A DNA stretch of 64,000 nt from Thermodesulfobacteriota bacterium (GCA_965215275.1 OZ244044.1:384001-448000); one strand, 5' to 3'. Shown: positions 9,139 to 19,088, numbered from the stretch's first letter. Translations and numbers: made by a program. Notes: generated by a model not told the origin, from the sequence alone.

Positions 9139-11907
9139 TTACAGACTTCTTTCAAAGGACACGTAGTAAAATCCACCGTTGAACCCAAATGGAGCAGATC
9201 GCCTTGAGTACGTGAAAACCCCCGGGGAAGATATGATCACGTTGCCCTCCCGGTCTATTATAGTTCCTCCCCTGGCTTGACCTATCTCATTCTCGTCCGG
9301 TGTTACGTCGAACAGATTGTTGCTGCCTACCTTCAGTACCCCTAACCTCCCCATATCAAAGCTGATCTGAGCATCTGTAATATACTCAGGTCCATACTCC
9401 TGTCTGCCTCCGTCCTCTACGGAATATTCACCGTAACGGGAAACTGCCAGATAGAACGACAATCTGTCTACCTGATAATCGGCCGAGAGAGTAAACTGAC
9501 TATCTGGCTGCCATTCCTCTAATATGGAACGGTCCATAGCCGTATAAAGTGAACCGGGAAGCTCTGCAGGAAGGTTCACCGACGTGATCTTCGTCTCCGA
9601 TATGGTTCCGGCAAGTTTTAGAATAAAACTGCCTCTCGGAATGGATAATCTCCAGGTGGAAACTATGTCCATACCTTTTGTTTTTGTATCCGCTGCGTTC
9701 ATGAAGAACTGAGCACTTGAAACTCCCTCATTGTCAAGAGTATCTATAACGCTATCTGAAAGGTCCGTCCTGGCGTCAGGATCATTAGGGTCAGGTCTTT
9801 TTAACTGCCCGCTCAGGATGATCCTGTCATCCACGGTTATATAGTAAAAATCCGTGGCAATGGAAAAATTAGGGGTGGGTTTAAATACAAAACCACCGCT
9901 CCAGTTTATTGAGGTCTCTTCATCAAGTTCGGGTATCCCTATTGCCTTGGCTATTGCACTGTCGTTCCTGAAAGTTCCGACCTCAAAAGGAGTTTGTGTG
10001 CCCCCTACGTCACGAAACTGAGTGCTTGTATTATTGAAATAAAGCTGCTGCATTGAAGGTGCCCTGAACCCGGTACTGAACGAACCTCTGAAAGTGATCA
10101 GATCGGCAAAGTCCAGTTTGGACGAAACCTTACCGTTCAGGGTGTTCCCGAAATCACTGTACCTCTCGTAGCGAACTGCAGGACTTATTACTAAAGTCTC
10201 AAGAGGCCAGATACTTGCTTCCGTGTAAAAGGAGAAGGCATGTCTTGATTCGTCCACCTCGTTCTCGGGCTTAAAACCAGGAAAGACCTGTATTCCAGCA
10301 GACCCGCCTCCATCTATTATGCCGTCATAATCAGCATACGAGTAAAGCTCTCCAGCTTTGAGCTTATAGTTGTCCCTTTTGTATTCCGCTCCCCATGCCA
10401 GACTTGCAGAGTAAAACATATCCAGTTGAGGAATTACAAAATCCAGATTGACGGTAGTAAGATACAGCTCAAGATCTCCCGCATCCGCGGTGGTCTGAGG
10501 TGAACCGGAAAAATCCACTTCTGAATACGGATCACCGCCACTTTCAAACATAAAATCATCGTTGAGACTGCGATAGACCCAGGAAGCGTTATGGGAGTTT
10601 GCCACCGTGAAGTTAAAGGTGTTCCCTCCGTGCGTTACTCCAAGGTCTGCTTCAAGCCCGCTGTCAAATTCATAAGTTATCCCCGTGCTCAGGGAAAAAT
10701 CCCACACGGTGGTCTCAATGAGCGGAAGGAATCCATCCGGATAGGTTGACCCGGCAGGGTTCCTGTCAAGCTGGTTCGCTCTTCTGTAAAAACCTCCACT
10801 TGTATTCTCCCTTCTTGAAAGAGAACCAAAGGAGTATATTCCCCCGCTGACACCCATGGGCTTTTCAAAATTGAACGCACCGCTTATCTGCTTTGACTCG
10901 GCGTCACCAATGCGGAAGTTCTGACGGTTAAAGTTCCTTTCCTTATCGTCCGGGTCGGTCAGCAGGACAGTGGTACCTCCATCAAATCCCTGACCAAGAA
11001 GTTCCGTGTTCAGAGCACTGTCAAAATCTGTGTCGGCAATACATTCTGCGTATTTTTCGTTGGTAAGTTCGGTAGAATCACATAGAGAAAAACTCTCTGA
11101 GTCCGGATACTGTATCTCTCCTGACAGTCCGGCACGGTTAGTCCTGTCCCTGTAACGAAACTCCGATGCCAGGTGAAGTACTCCGTCTGATCCCACGCTG
11201 AACCCCTTGTTGAACCTGGCTATGAACTGATCCCCGTCCCCTTCGTAGGTCTTTCCGTATGAAGTTGAAACCGCTCCTTCATAATCGCTTTTCAAGATTA
11301 TATTGATAACGCCGGATATGGCATCTGAACCGTAAAGAGCTGACGCGCCGTCCCTCAGCACCTCCACGCGGTCAACTGCGCTTATAGGTATCGAGTTGAT
11401 ATCGTAGCCTGCCGTGCCTCGCCCTACCGACGTGTTCACGTGTATCAAAGCACTGCCGTGACGACGTTTCCCGTTCACAAGGAGGAGTACCTGATCCGGT
11501 CCCATGCCCCTGAGGGTTGCAGGACGAACGGAGTCGGTCCCGTCACTTATCGTGGAACTTGAAAAATTGAATGCCGGTATTGCGACCTGGATGGCCCTGC
11601 CGAGTTCGTTCTGCCCGGTCTTGACCAGTTCCTCGTTCTTTATCGTATCGACCGGCACGGGTGAAGTAGTAATGTCAGTAATGGTCCTGCTGCCGGTTAC
11701 TACCACGGTCTCAAGGTCCTTCAGTGCTTCTCTGGAAGAAGCAGCTGAAGTACTGTATCCTTCATAGCTCTTTTGCATCCGCTCTGAAGGGGTTTCTGAT
11801 GCTTTATCTTTTTCCACGCTGCGTTTTGGCTGACCTGAAAACGCCACTGAAGCAGACATAGTAATAAAAAGTGCAAGACAAGCTAATACCACTAAATAAA
11901 CTCTCAT
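9139..11907 (-). CDS. TonB-dependent outer-membrane receptor
   Basis: Signal peptide; ETVVVTGSR TonB box; plug motifs LRGMGPDQVLLLVNGKR and RVEVLRDGASALYGSDAISGVINII; RBS AAGGAGG. Confidence 0.93.
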   Translation of the reverse strand: MRVYLVVLACLALFITMSASVAFSGQPKRSVEKDKASETPSERMQKSYEGYSTSAASSREALKDLETVVVTGSRTITDITTSPVPVDTIKNEELVKTGQNELGRAIQVAIPAFNFSSSTISDGTDSVRPATLRGMGPDQVLLLVNGKRRHGSALIHVNTSVGRGTAGYDINSIPISAVDRVEVLRDGASALYGSDAISGVINIILKSDYEGAVSTSYGKTYEGDGDQFIARFNKGFSVGSDGVLHLASEFRYRDRTNRAGLSGEIQYPDSESFSLCDSTELTNEKYAECIADTDFDSALNTELLGQGFDGGTTVLLTDPDDKERNFNRQNFRIGDAESKQISGAFNFEKPMGVSGGIYSFGSLSRRENTSGGFYRRANQLDRNPAGSTYPDGFLPLIETTVWDFSLSTGITYEFDSGLEADLGVTHGGNTFNFTVANSHNASWVYRSLNDDFMFESGGDPYSEVDFSGSPQTTADAGDLELYLTTVNLDFVIPQLDMFYSASLAWGAEYKRDNYKLKAGELYSYADYDGIIDGGGSAGIQVFPGFKPENEVDESRHAFSFYTEASIWPLETLVISPAVRYERYSDFGNTLNGKVSSKLDFADLITFRGSFSTGFRAPSMQQLYFNNTSTQFRDVGGTQTPFEVGTFRNDSAIAKAIGIPELDEETSINWSGGFVFKPTPNFSIATDFYYITVDDRIILSGQLKRPDPNDPDARTDLSDSVIDTLDNEGVSSAQFFMNAADTKTKGMDIVSTWRLSIPRGSFILKLAGTISETKITSVNLPAELPGSLYTAMDRSILEEWQPDSQFTLSADYQVDRLSFYLAVSRYGEYSVEDGGRQEYGPEYITDAQISFDMGRLGVLKVGSNNLFDVTPDENEIGQARGGTIIDREGNVIISSPGVFTYSRRSAPFGFNGGFYYVSFERSL

Positions 11908-12322
11908 AAAATAATCCTCCTTAAAAACCTTTCTTTCTTTTTAACGTCCCTGGTGTACCATCACTTAACCCGAAGACGTCGTGATCAGTATACGTATGAC
12001 CGCAAGGTCCTATAGCCGCCCTGCTCAACTTGTATCCACCATTATCTTTACATTTTTTAGGGAATAATATACTTTAGCAAACGGGATATTCAGAAATTAC
12101 ACATACTCATAATGCTTTTTGTTACATCTCTTGTTGTCTCAGTTATTTTTCCGCAGTAATGGACTTCTCAGTTCAGAGGTCGTTTATCCCGTTTTTTCAA
12201 CTCGTTCAGAATATAAAAACGGGAATTATATACAATAGTGACGAAGTCTCCAATAAATAGTTGACAAACTATAGATTTGTCATTATTACAGGTAAGAAAG
12301 TTAAATAACTGGAGGAAGTTAT

Positions 12323-13264
12323 ATGTCAAAGAAAGCACCTGGGAAATCATACAGGAAAGGGATATCGTTAGTAAAGTTATTCAGGAAATTCCCTGACGAT
12401 GCTGCTGCAGAGGAGTGGTTTGTAAAACGGAGGTGGGGAAAGGAACCCGTATGTCCGTATTGCGGGACAAAAAACGTTCAAACAGGGACTGGTCATAAGA
12501 CGATGCCGTACAGGTGCAGGGAAAAAGGATGTTCGAAATGGTTCAGTGTAAGGAGCAGGACCGTTATGCAGTCTTCTAATATCAAGTATCAGGCTTGGGC
12601 AGTGGCAATATATCTATTTGCCACGTCATTAAAGGGAGTATCAAGTATGAAGCTGCATAGAGATCTGGATATTACGCATAGGTCAGCATGGCATTTATCG
12701 CATCGTATCAGAGAGGCATGGAACAGAGAAGAACTGAAAGTATTTACAGGTTCAGTGGAGGCAGATGAGACGTTCATAGGTGGAAAAGAGAGAAACAAGC
12801 ATAGCGACAAGCGTAGTCATACACGAGGACCTGGAGGGAAGTCCATTGTTGCAGGAATGAAGAACAGAGAGACAAACAGAGTAATAGCACAACCGGTTTC
12901 TGAACGTAGTAAAGAGGAAATACAGGGTTTTATAGTTAAGAACGTAGGTAGTGGAGTAAAAATATATACCGATGATCATAAAAGCTATACAGGGTTGCCT
13001 TATGAGCATGAGAGCGTGAATCATAGTGTAAGGGAGTACGTTAAAGAGCAGGCATATGTAAACGGAGTGGTATCATTCTGGGCAATGTTAAAAAGAGGAT
13101 ATACCGGCACGTACCACAGAATGAGTAAAAAGCATTTAAATCGTTATGTAAATGAGTTTGCGGGGAGGCATAATATAAGAAGACTGGACACGGAAGATCA
13201 GATGGGAACAATAGCAAGGGCAATGTATGGAAAGACCTTGCCTTATAAAGAACTGATAAGGTAA
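12323..13264 (+). CDS. IS1595 transposase, third catalytic Glu apparently replaced
   Basis: Zn ribbon CPYCG...CREKGC, VEADETFIGG, YTDD; NGVVSFW where IS-2 has NGMESFW. Confidence 0.88.
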   Translation: MSKKAPGKSYRKGISLVKLFRKFPDDAAAEEWFVKRRWGKEPVCPYCGTKNVQTGTGHKTMPYRCREKGCSKWFSVRSRTVMQSSNIKYQAWAVAIYLFATSLKGVSSMKLHRDLDITHRSAWHLSHRIREAWNREELKVFTGSVEADETFIGGKERNKHSDKRSHTRGPGGKSIVAGMKNRETNRVIAQPVSERSKEEIQGFIVKNVGSGVKIYTDDHKSYTGLPYEHESVNHSVREYVKEQAYVNGVVSFWAMLKRGYTGTYHRMSKKHLNRYVNEFAGRHNIRRLDTEDQMGTIARAMYGKTLPYKELIR

Positions 13265-13316
13265 TATGAATAATGTTACAGGATAAAAAACAGACCAAAA
13301 AACAAAGAAACTTACA

Positions 13317-13505
13317 ATGACGAACAGGAAAAAAACAATAGAGATCTTACCAGACAGTTATGAACCAACAGAAGAAGAGAAAGAGCATCCGTTTGCTATT
13401 GATACAACTCCGCAAAAGTTAGCAAAAGCTATCCTCCAGCCTGTCAACGTTAAAAAGAAGGATGTAAACAAACATGTTGCTGAACGTTCAAAAAACAAGA
13501 AATAA
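13317..13505 (+). CDS. Small basic passenger ORF of IS-1
   Basis: 62-aa ORF inside the TIRs; decayed copies at 47252 and 48222; a similar ORF occurs in IS-2. Confidence 0.55.
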   Translation: MTNRKKTIEILPDSYEPTEEEKEHPFAIDTTPQKLAKAILQPVNVKKKDVNKHVAERSKNKK

Positions 13506-13703
13506 TCCATGCTTCGTCACTATTGTATATAATTCCCATAAAGACAGTTCAACGCACGGTAATACACCCGTTCTTTTCAACGAACTGATATTTGCCGTCA
13601 ATAAGGGTGTATACATCTTTTTCATTGAAAGCATAAACTACGGGCACGACGTCAGGAACCTACAGATATCCAGATGGAAAATTCCGGTTCGTCAGGTGCC
13701 TTG

Positions 13704-15584
13704 GAAAGGACCTCATTGCTATGCATTTATCCGAGATCTTCTTTTCCTTCTGATAACTACTGACACGGGTATAAGCATCAGACATGCCACTGCTCCGAAA
13801 ATATCAGAAGCAGCGCTGCTCTGATCCGAGACGGCACATCCTCCTCCACCTCCGCCATTACCTGACGTTGGTGGTGGAACCGTTACACTGAGCATGAAAC
13901 TCACATCATCTGTATCTCCATTCCTGTCCGTTACCGTATACATGTAAGTTCTTGTTGATGCACTCCTGGGTGTGCCACTTATCCTTCCGGTGGTTTCGTT
14001 CAATCTCAATTCAGGAGGTAAGGGAGGCATTATACTGTATCTTAACGGTGCATTCCCTCCCGTTGCAGCAGGAAGCCTTATTGGACTCCCACTGTACACA
14101 TGAACTTCTATCATATCACTGCCAAATTCCGGTCTGCTGTCCTCTTCCACTGTTATACTGAACGTTAACCCTTCCATTTCATTATCCTCGTCAGCAGCGC
14201 TCCATGTATGATCAGTCTCAGACGTTGCAGCAGTCGGTGTCCCGCTTATAGTTCTGGTGGTTTCGTTAAAATCCAGTCCATCAGGTAAACCAGGCGTTAA
14301 ACTGTAAGTTAAGTTTCCATTCCCTCCCGTTGCCTCAGGCAGCACGAACGGTGTTATCGGAATTCCTGCTATGTATTCCTTATCCTCTATCATCTCACCG
14401 CCGAAACTCGGTATTGTGTTGGGTTCATTTCTTACAGTGATATGGAACATCAAAGTTCGAGCAGGTCCACCTGCACCGGTAGTAGCAGTATACGTATAGG
14501 TCCTCGCATTCTGTGTAGCAGTCGGTGTTCCGCTTATAACCCGGGTAGCAGGATCAAAACTCAATCCAATAGAAGATAAAACAGGAGTTAAACTGTACGT
14601 TACCGTTCCATTATGTCCAGTTGCCTCAGGCAGCGTTTCCATTACTGCCGTCCCGACCGTATACACCTTGCCTTGTATCTCAACGCCTGAAAAGTGTGCT
14701 CTTACGGCAAGATCGAACATCACCTCCACCGCAGTTCCGTTACCGTCTGTAACGGTATACGTATAGGTCTTCAAAGGCGTTGCAGCAGTCGGTGTTCCGC
14801 TTATAACCCGGGTGGTTCTGTCAAAGGTCAATCCGGCAGGTGGGGCAGGGGTCAGACTGTAGGTATACGGAGCAGTACCTCCCGTAGCAGCAGGCAGCGT
14901 TAATGGTGTTACTGGTCTTTCTGCCAGGTACAAAACAGGAGAAGATACCTGCCCGTCAAAGGACAGGGCCGTTATCGTAATAGAGAAGGTGCGAGTACCC
15001 GTGTCCAGATCATCGTCCATTGCCCTATACGTGTAAGTTCGACCAGGAGCAGCTATGGTCTCGGTTGGTGTTCCGCTTATAACCCGGGTGTTTTCATCAA
15101 AGTCCAGTCCGGCTGGTAAACGAACAGGGGTCAGGCTGTAGCTTACCGTTCCATTACCTCCCGTTGCCTCAGGCAGCGTTACCGGAAGGTTTGCCGATGT
15201 CCCTTGAACATATGTCTGATCAGGGATAGTCTCGCTGAAACTCGGCACTGAATTAGCTTCTATCGTATAAGAGAAGGTCAGAGTATCAGAATCACCGTCA
15301 TCAGTATCCGAGTCAGAGTCAGTTACCTTGTAGGTATAGGTTTCAGTCAGAGGCAGCATATTTGGAGCAACGTTCAATGTCCCGCTTATCTGTCGGTTGT
15401 TGCTGGTAAAGGTCAATCCAGCAGGCAAGGCAGGAGTTATACTGTAATTTAAATTTCCATTCCCGCCATCTGCCACAGGCATTCCCAGCCTTATTGGTCT
15501 GCCGTTACCAAACGTCTGATCCCTCACCTGCGTATCGCCGAAGTCCGGAACGTCAGCTGCAGCTCTTATCCTTATCCTGAACTC
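13704..15584. repeat. 1881-bp inverted-repeat arm (partner 22716..24596)
   Basis: 3' halves of A and B near-identical; only 3 amino-acid differences seen. Confidence 0.92.
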
Positions 15585-17600
15585 TATATCAGCCACATCA
15601 TTGGTTTCTAAATCTGTAGCTCTAATCGTATACTCAGTCTCCTCCAACGCTTCCATAGGTGTGCCAGTCATTCTCCAACGGGGAATACTGATGCTCAATC
15701 CACGAGGAAGAACAGTAGGAATTACACGGTAACTTCTTCTCCCAGACCCTCCTGTTAGAGGAGGTAAATCTAATGGTGTTATCTGAACTCCTTCTGTATA
15801 AACCTGATTAGGGATCGTTGCACCGCTAAAGGTTAGATCATGATGTTTAGGACCTGTCTCACTGCCAAGGGATGTAAAAATATCCCCCTTCCCGTGCCCG
15901 TAGACCTTAATGCTCCAGGAGTGTAAGGTAAAAGTATTTTCTTCATCTGCTTCATCTCCGGAAGCAGTATCGGATATATCAAGGGTCCATTCTCCGGAAG
16001 GGTCTTCTCCGAGGTGTTTAGCCGACCCGAAACGATGTGTTCTTCTTACATAACTGATCTCAGCGTCTTCTTCCTCACCTGAAAATTCCCGGACAAGTTC
16101 AGAAACTGTACCGGAAGGAGAGGTTATCCGTATATTGAGGTCCTGTAAGCAGTCACACGAGAGAACGAGTTCTACCTCAACGAATTCCGTAAATATTTCC
16201 TCCAGGTCCGAAATCATAAGTGTGGAGACAAGGACCCCGTCCGCTTCTCCTTCTCCATCAGGGATCGTCAGTTCATTATCTGAAGAAGCTGTAACGGTCC
16301 TCATTTCACCAACGCCTTTCCAGCTTCCGGCAAGCTCTGCGGCTGCTTCTGCGTCTACCACGCCAAAACCATACCTGGGACTATAATTATATCTTTCCAC
16401 GTCAGAACCGTATTTAACGGCTCCTGTCTCCCAGCTCGGATCAGAAACGTCGTTCTGCCGTGCTGAACCCGCAAGTATGAGCTTTATATCCCTCCAGCTC
16501 AGCTGTCCGTTTATCTCTCTCAGCAGTGCCGCCACCCCTGCAACCTGTGCTGCTGAAAGGAACGTTCCGGAAGTTACAACGTAATCGTCGTTGTTATCAG
16601 TGGTTACAATATCAGAACCAGGTGCACATACCCATAGATTTACTCCCTCTTCTGAAAAAATACTCTTCTTTCCAAAGCCGTCCGTTGAACAAACGGCCGT
16701 TACTCCGTAATAGCTGGAATATTCAGAAAAATTAGCCTGATCTCCGCTCTCATGCCCGTCCCCTGCTCCCCGGACATAAAATATTCCCCTGCCGTAAAAC
16801 CCTTCCCTTATACCCTCTTCCACTCCCTCTTCCACTCCCTCTTCCCACTCAGCTGAAGCACTCTGAAGAAAAACTCCGTCCTCCCGTCCCCGGTCGCTGA
16901 CGGACACTGCCGTTATTTCATTGTTGCGGACCATTGCGTCCGCTTCCCCGGGATCACCGGATAACCTGTAACTGCATACATTCGCACCGGGTGCAACTCC
17001 CCTTGCTCCCGATCCGTTGTATCCAGTTGCTGCAATTACTCCTGCCGCTCGTGTTCCGGTAAAGGATGAACCGTCAGACAGATCAACGCTTTCTGAACTG
17101 TTTTCTTCAGAACTGTTTTTTCCAGAAAGATCATAGTTCAGTCCGGAACGGACGTTTGCAGAAAGGTCCTCATGTGAAAGGTCCTCATGTGAAAGGTCCT
17201 CATGTGAAAGGTCCTCATGTGAAAGGTCCTCATGTGAAAGGTCCATACCGTCACTTACTATTGCTACATTAATTCCGGAACCGTATACGCCATCGTTCCA
17301 CACTCCCTCTGCGTTTATATCCTCTCCTGCAGTTATTTCCTTTCCTGAATAAATAAACTGCCCAGTGTTCTTCAGATGCCACTGACATCCGTATAACGGA
17401 TCTTCTGTGTCTGCACTGTTACCTCTGCATCCGGAGAACGGGTCCTTTATGCTGCCCTGTCCCCTTGTATCAACGGATATAAAACACAGAAGAAAAAAGA
17501 CAAAGAAAAGTATGAACCGTCTGCCGTTCCGGCGGGAACTGCCCGTTAAACTACGACGTTGATGGGGGGGGGGATAGAACTCATCATGTTTTTCATACAT
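13719..17600 (-). CDS. Paralog A: catalytically dead kexin-like S8 + P-domain + Ig-like repeats + Gly-Cys-TM anchor; in frame (C10)
   Basis: VAIVSDG / TGTRAAG / SGTFLSA replace D/H/S; LSWRDIK, YGFGVVDA and P-domain GEDPSGEWTL present; ISGTPT repeats; C-terminus GGGGGCAVS...IRRKRR. Confidence 0.9.
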   Translation of the reverse strand: MYEKHDEFYPPPHQRRSLTGSSRRNGRRFILFFVFFLLCFISVDTRGQGSIKDPFSGCRGNSADTEDPLYGCQWHLKNTGQFIYSGKEITAGEDINAEGVWNDGVYGSGINVAIVSDGMDLSHEDLSHEDLSHEDLSHEDLSHEDLSANVRSGLNYDLSGKNSSEENSSESVDLSDGSSFTGTRAAGVIAATGYNGSGARGVAPGANVCSYRLSGDPGEADAMVRNNEITAVSVSDRGREDGVFLQSASAEWEEGVEEGVEEGIREGFYGRGIFYVRGAGDGHESGDQANFSEYSSYYGVTAVCSTDGFGKKSIFSEEGVNLWVCAPGSDIVTTDNNDDYVVTSGTFLSAAQVAGVAALLREINGQLSWRDIKLILAGSARQNDVSDPSWETGAVKYGSDVERYNYSPRYGFGVVDAEAAAELAGSWKGVGEMRTVTASSDNELTIPDGEGEADGVLVSTLMISDLEEIFTEFVEVELVLSCDCLQDLNIRITSPSGTVSELVREFSGEEEDAEISYVRRTHRFGSAKHLGEDPSGEWTLDISDTASGDEADEENTFTLHSWSIKVYGHGKGDIFTSLGSETGPKHHDLTFSGATIPNQVYTEGVQITPLDLPPLTGGSGRRSYRVIPTVLPRGLSISIPRWRMTGTPMEALEETEYTIRATDLETNDVADIEFRIRIRAAADVPDFGDTQVRDQTFGNGRPIRLGMPVADGGNGNLNYSITPALPAGLTFTSNNRQISGTLNVAPNMLPLTETYTYKVTDSDSDTDDGDSDTLTFSYTIEANSVPSFSETIPDQTYVQGTSANLPVTLPEATGGNGTVSYSLTPVRLPAGLDFDENTRVISGTPTETIAAPGRTYTYRAMDDDLDTGTRTFSITITALSFDGQVSSPVLYLAERPVTPLTLPAATGGTAPYTYSLTPAPPAGLTFDRTTRVISGTPTAATPLKTYTYTVTDGNGTAVEVMFDLAVRAHFSGVEIQGKVYTVGTAVMETLPEATGHNGTVTYSLTPVLSSIGLSFDPATRVISGTPTATQNARTYTYTATTGAGGPARTLMFHITVRNEPNTIPSFGGEMIEDKEYIAGIPITPFVLPEATGGNGNLTYSLTPGLPDGLDFNETTRTISGTPTAATSETDHTWSAADEDNEMEGLTFSITVEEDSRPEFGSDMIEVHVYSGSPIRLPAATGGNAPLRYSIMPPLPPELRLNETTGRISGTPRSASTRTYMYTVTDRNGDTDDVSFMLSVTVPPPTSGNGGGGGGCAVSDQSSAASDIFGAVACLMLIPVSVVIRRKRRSRINA
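17161..17244. repeat. 15-bp in-frame tandem repeat x5.6 encoding (LSHED)n
   Basis: GAAAGGTCCTCATGT units; the dead paralogs have a single copy. Confidence 0.95.
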
Positions 17601-17635
17601 TCTTGTATTCTACTTCCGTTCTGATGTAATGTCAA
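17564..17635 (-). promoter_or_regulatory. Promoter TTGACA-N17-TAGAAT, 6 nt before ATG 17600, plus a C10 tract (17564..17573)
   Basis: Read directly; no Shine-Dalgarno, consistent with a leaderless mRNA. Confidence 0.75.
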
Positions 17636-17821
17636 GTATGAACTTCTTTTTCTTTTCTTTCCTGCAATGATAAAAATATTCAGGATGTACGGATCATTCC
17701 CTTTTTTATCCCGTTCACTGTAATTGACGGTATTCAGTTTCCACTGATAATAATAAAGGGTAAAATACAGCCTGTAAACCGTTCAGGGTAATACCCATTT
17801 TTCAGAGGAGGTTCATAATAA

Positions 17822-18268
17822 ATGAGTTTGAACGTATATCTTGCCGGTGAGGTCCATTCCGAATGGAGGGACAGGGTTATTGAAGGTGCGAAAGGGGAAG
17901 GGCTTAACGTTGTTTTTACCTCTCCCGTTACCGACCACGAAGCAAGTGATATGTGCGGGGTAAATATACTAGGCGACGAGAGCGACCCTTTCTGGCGGGA
18001 CAGGAAAGGAGCAGGTCTGAACGCTATCAGAAGATCTATAATTATCAGGAACGCGGACATTGTCGTGGTACGGTTCGGTCCTAAATACAGACAGTGGAAC
18101 GCTGCTTTTGACGCCGGTTATGCTTCGGCGATCGGTAAATCTATCATATCGCTGCACGAGCAAGAACACGACCACGCTTTAAAGGAGGTCGACGCTGCTT
18201 CGGACGCTACTGCCAGAACTCCCGAACAGGTGGTCGAAATACTGAAGTACGTACTTTCCGGTCCATGA
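17822..18268 (+). CDS. YtoQ-family protein (nucleoside 2-deoxyribosyltransferase-like)
   Basis: VYLAGEVHSEWR, HEASD, QWNAAFDAGYA and LKEVD motifs; RBS GAGGAGG. Confidence 0.85.
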   Translation: MSLNVYLAGEVHSEWRDRVIEGAKGEGLNVVFTSPVTDHEASDMCGVNILGDESDPFWRDRKGAGLNAIRRSIIIRNADIVVVRFGPKYRQWNAAFDAGYASAIGKSIISLHEQEHDHALKEVDAASDATARTPEQVVEILKYVLSGP

Positions 18269-18981
18269 GCTATAAGAACGTAAAGGCGGTTTCCTTTGAC
18301 GCGGCAGACACTCTTTTTTATATCAAGGACGGGCTGGAAAATACCTACGCTGAAGTGGCAGGCAGGTACGGGATCAGTCCCTCTCCCGTGGAAATTAAGA
18401 ACTCGTTCTCAAGGCATTTTTCCAAAGCCCCGCCCCTGGATACCAATACCGACGATCAGGAGGAGAGAAAGACCCTTGAGAAGGACTGGTGGTACGACGT
18501 GGTGCACAACGTCTACAAGGACGTCGGGATGTTCGAGAGTTTCGATGAGTATTTCAATGATCTTTTTGAGGTTTTCAGGACCCGGGCCTGGAAGATATTT
18601 CCGGAAACGAAAAAGGTGCTTTCTGAGCTGAAGAACAGGGGATATAAGACCATAATAGTATCGAACTTTGATTCAAGGGTCTATGACGTCTGTCGCAGCC
18701 TTGGGATAATCCAGTACTTCGATGACCTTGTTATATCGAGCGAGACGGGTTACGCCAAACCTGCCGTTGAGATATTTCAAATCACTCTGGAAAGAAAGAA
18801 CCTCAGGCCTGGTCAGTGCGTTCATATCGGTGATGATTTCACGAACGACTATATCTGTCCGACGTCAATCGGAATGAACGCGCTTTTTCTTGACAGGGAA
18901 GACACAAGTAACTACGGCGGAAGGAATAAAATAAGCGACCTTAACAAGGTCATACAAAAACTTGAAGGTAAAGGTGCATGA
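18265..18981 (+). CDS. HAD-IA family hydrolase
   Basis: FDAADTL, VSNFD, KP and HIGDDFTND motifs; ATGA overlap with the upstream gene. Confidence 0.88.
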   Translation: MSYKNVKAVSFDAADTLFYIKDGLENTYAEVAGRYGISPSPVEIKNSFSRHFSKAPPLDTNTDDQEERKTLEKDWWYDVVHNVYKDVGMFESFDEYFNDLFEVFRTRAWKIFPETKKVLSELKNRGYKTIIVSNFDSRVYDVCRSLGIIQYFDDLVISSETGYAKPAVEIFQITLERKNLRPGQCVHIGDDFTNDYICPTSIGMNALFLDREDTSNYGGRNKISDLNKVIQKLEGKGA

Positions 18982-19088
18982 ACGGGCCCGTGGACGACCC
19001 GACCGCTTTAAAAGAGTTCCGGTATGATCTTTGTTGTTTCAGATGTACAGTACTGATAAGTACGGGAGAAAGGGCAGTTGACCGGTCG

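Larger units (their letters stand above)
12221..13537 (+). mobile_element. IS1595-family insertion sequence (IS-1)
   Basis: 26-bp perfect TIRs GGGAATTATATACAATAGTGACGAAG; flanks ATAAAAAC/ATAAAGAC (7/8 TSD); contains a transposase and a small ORF. Confidence 0.92.

Noticed and set aside
474..12220. Integrative element or prophage at ssrA
   Set aside because: No integrase, phage genes or recognisable duplicated ssrA 3' end (attR) in the window
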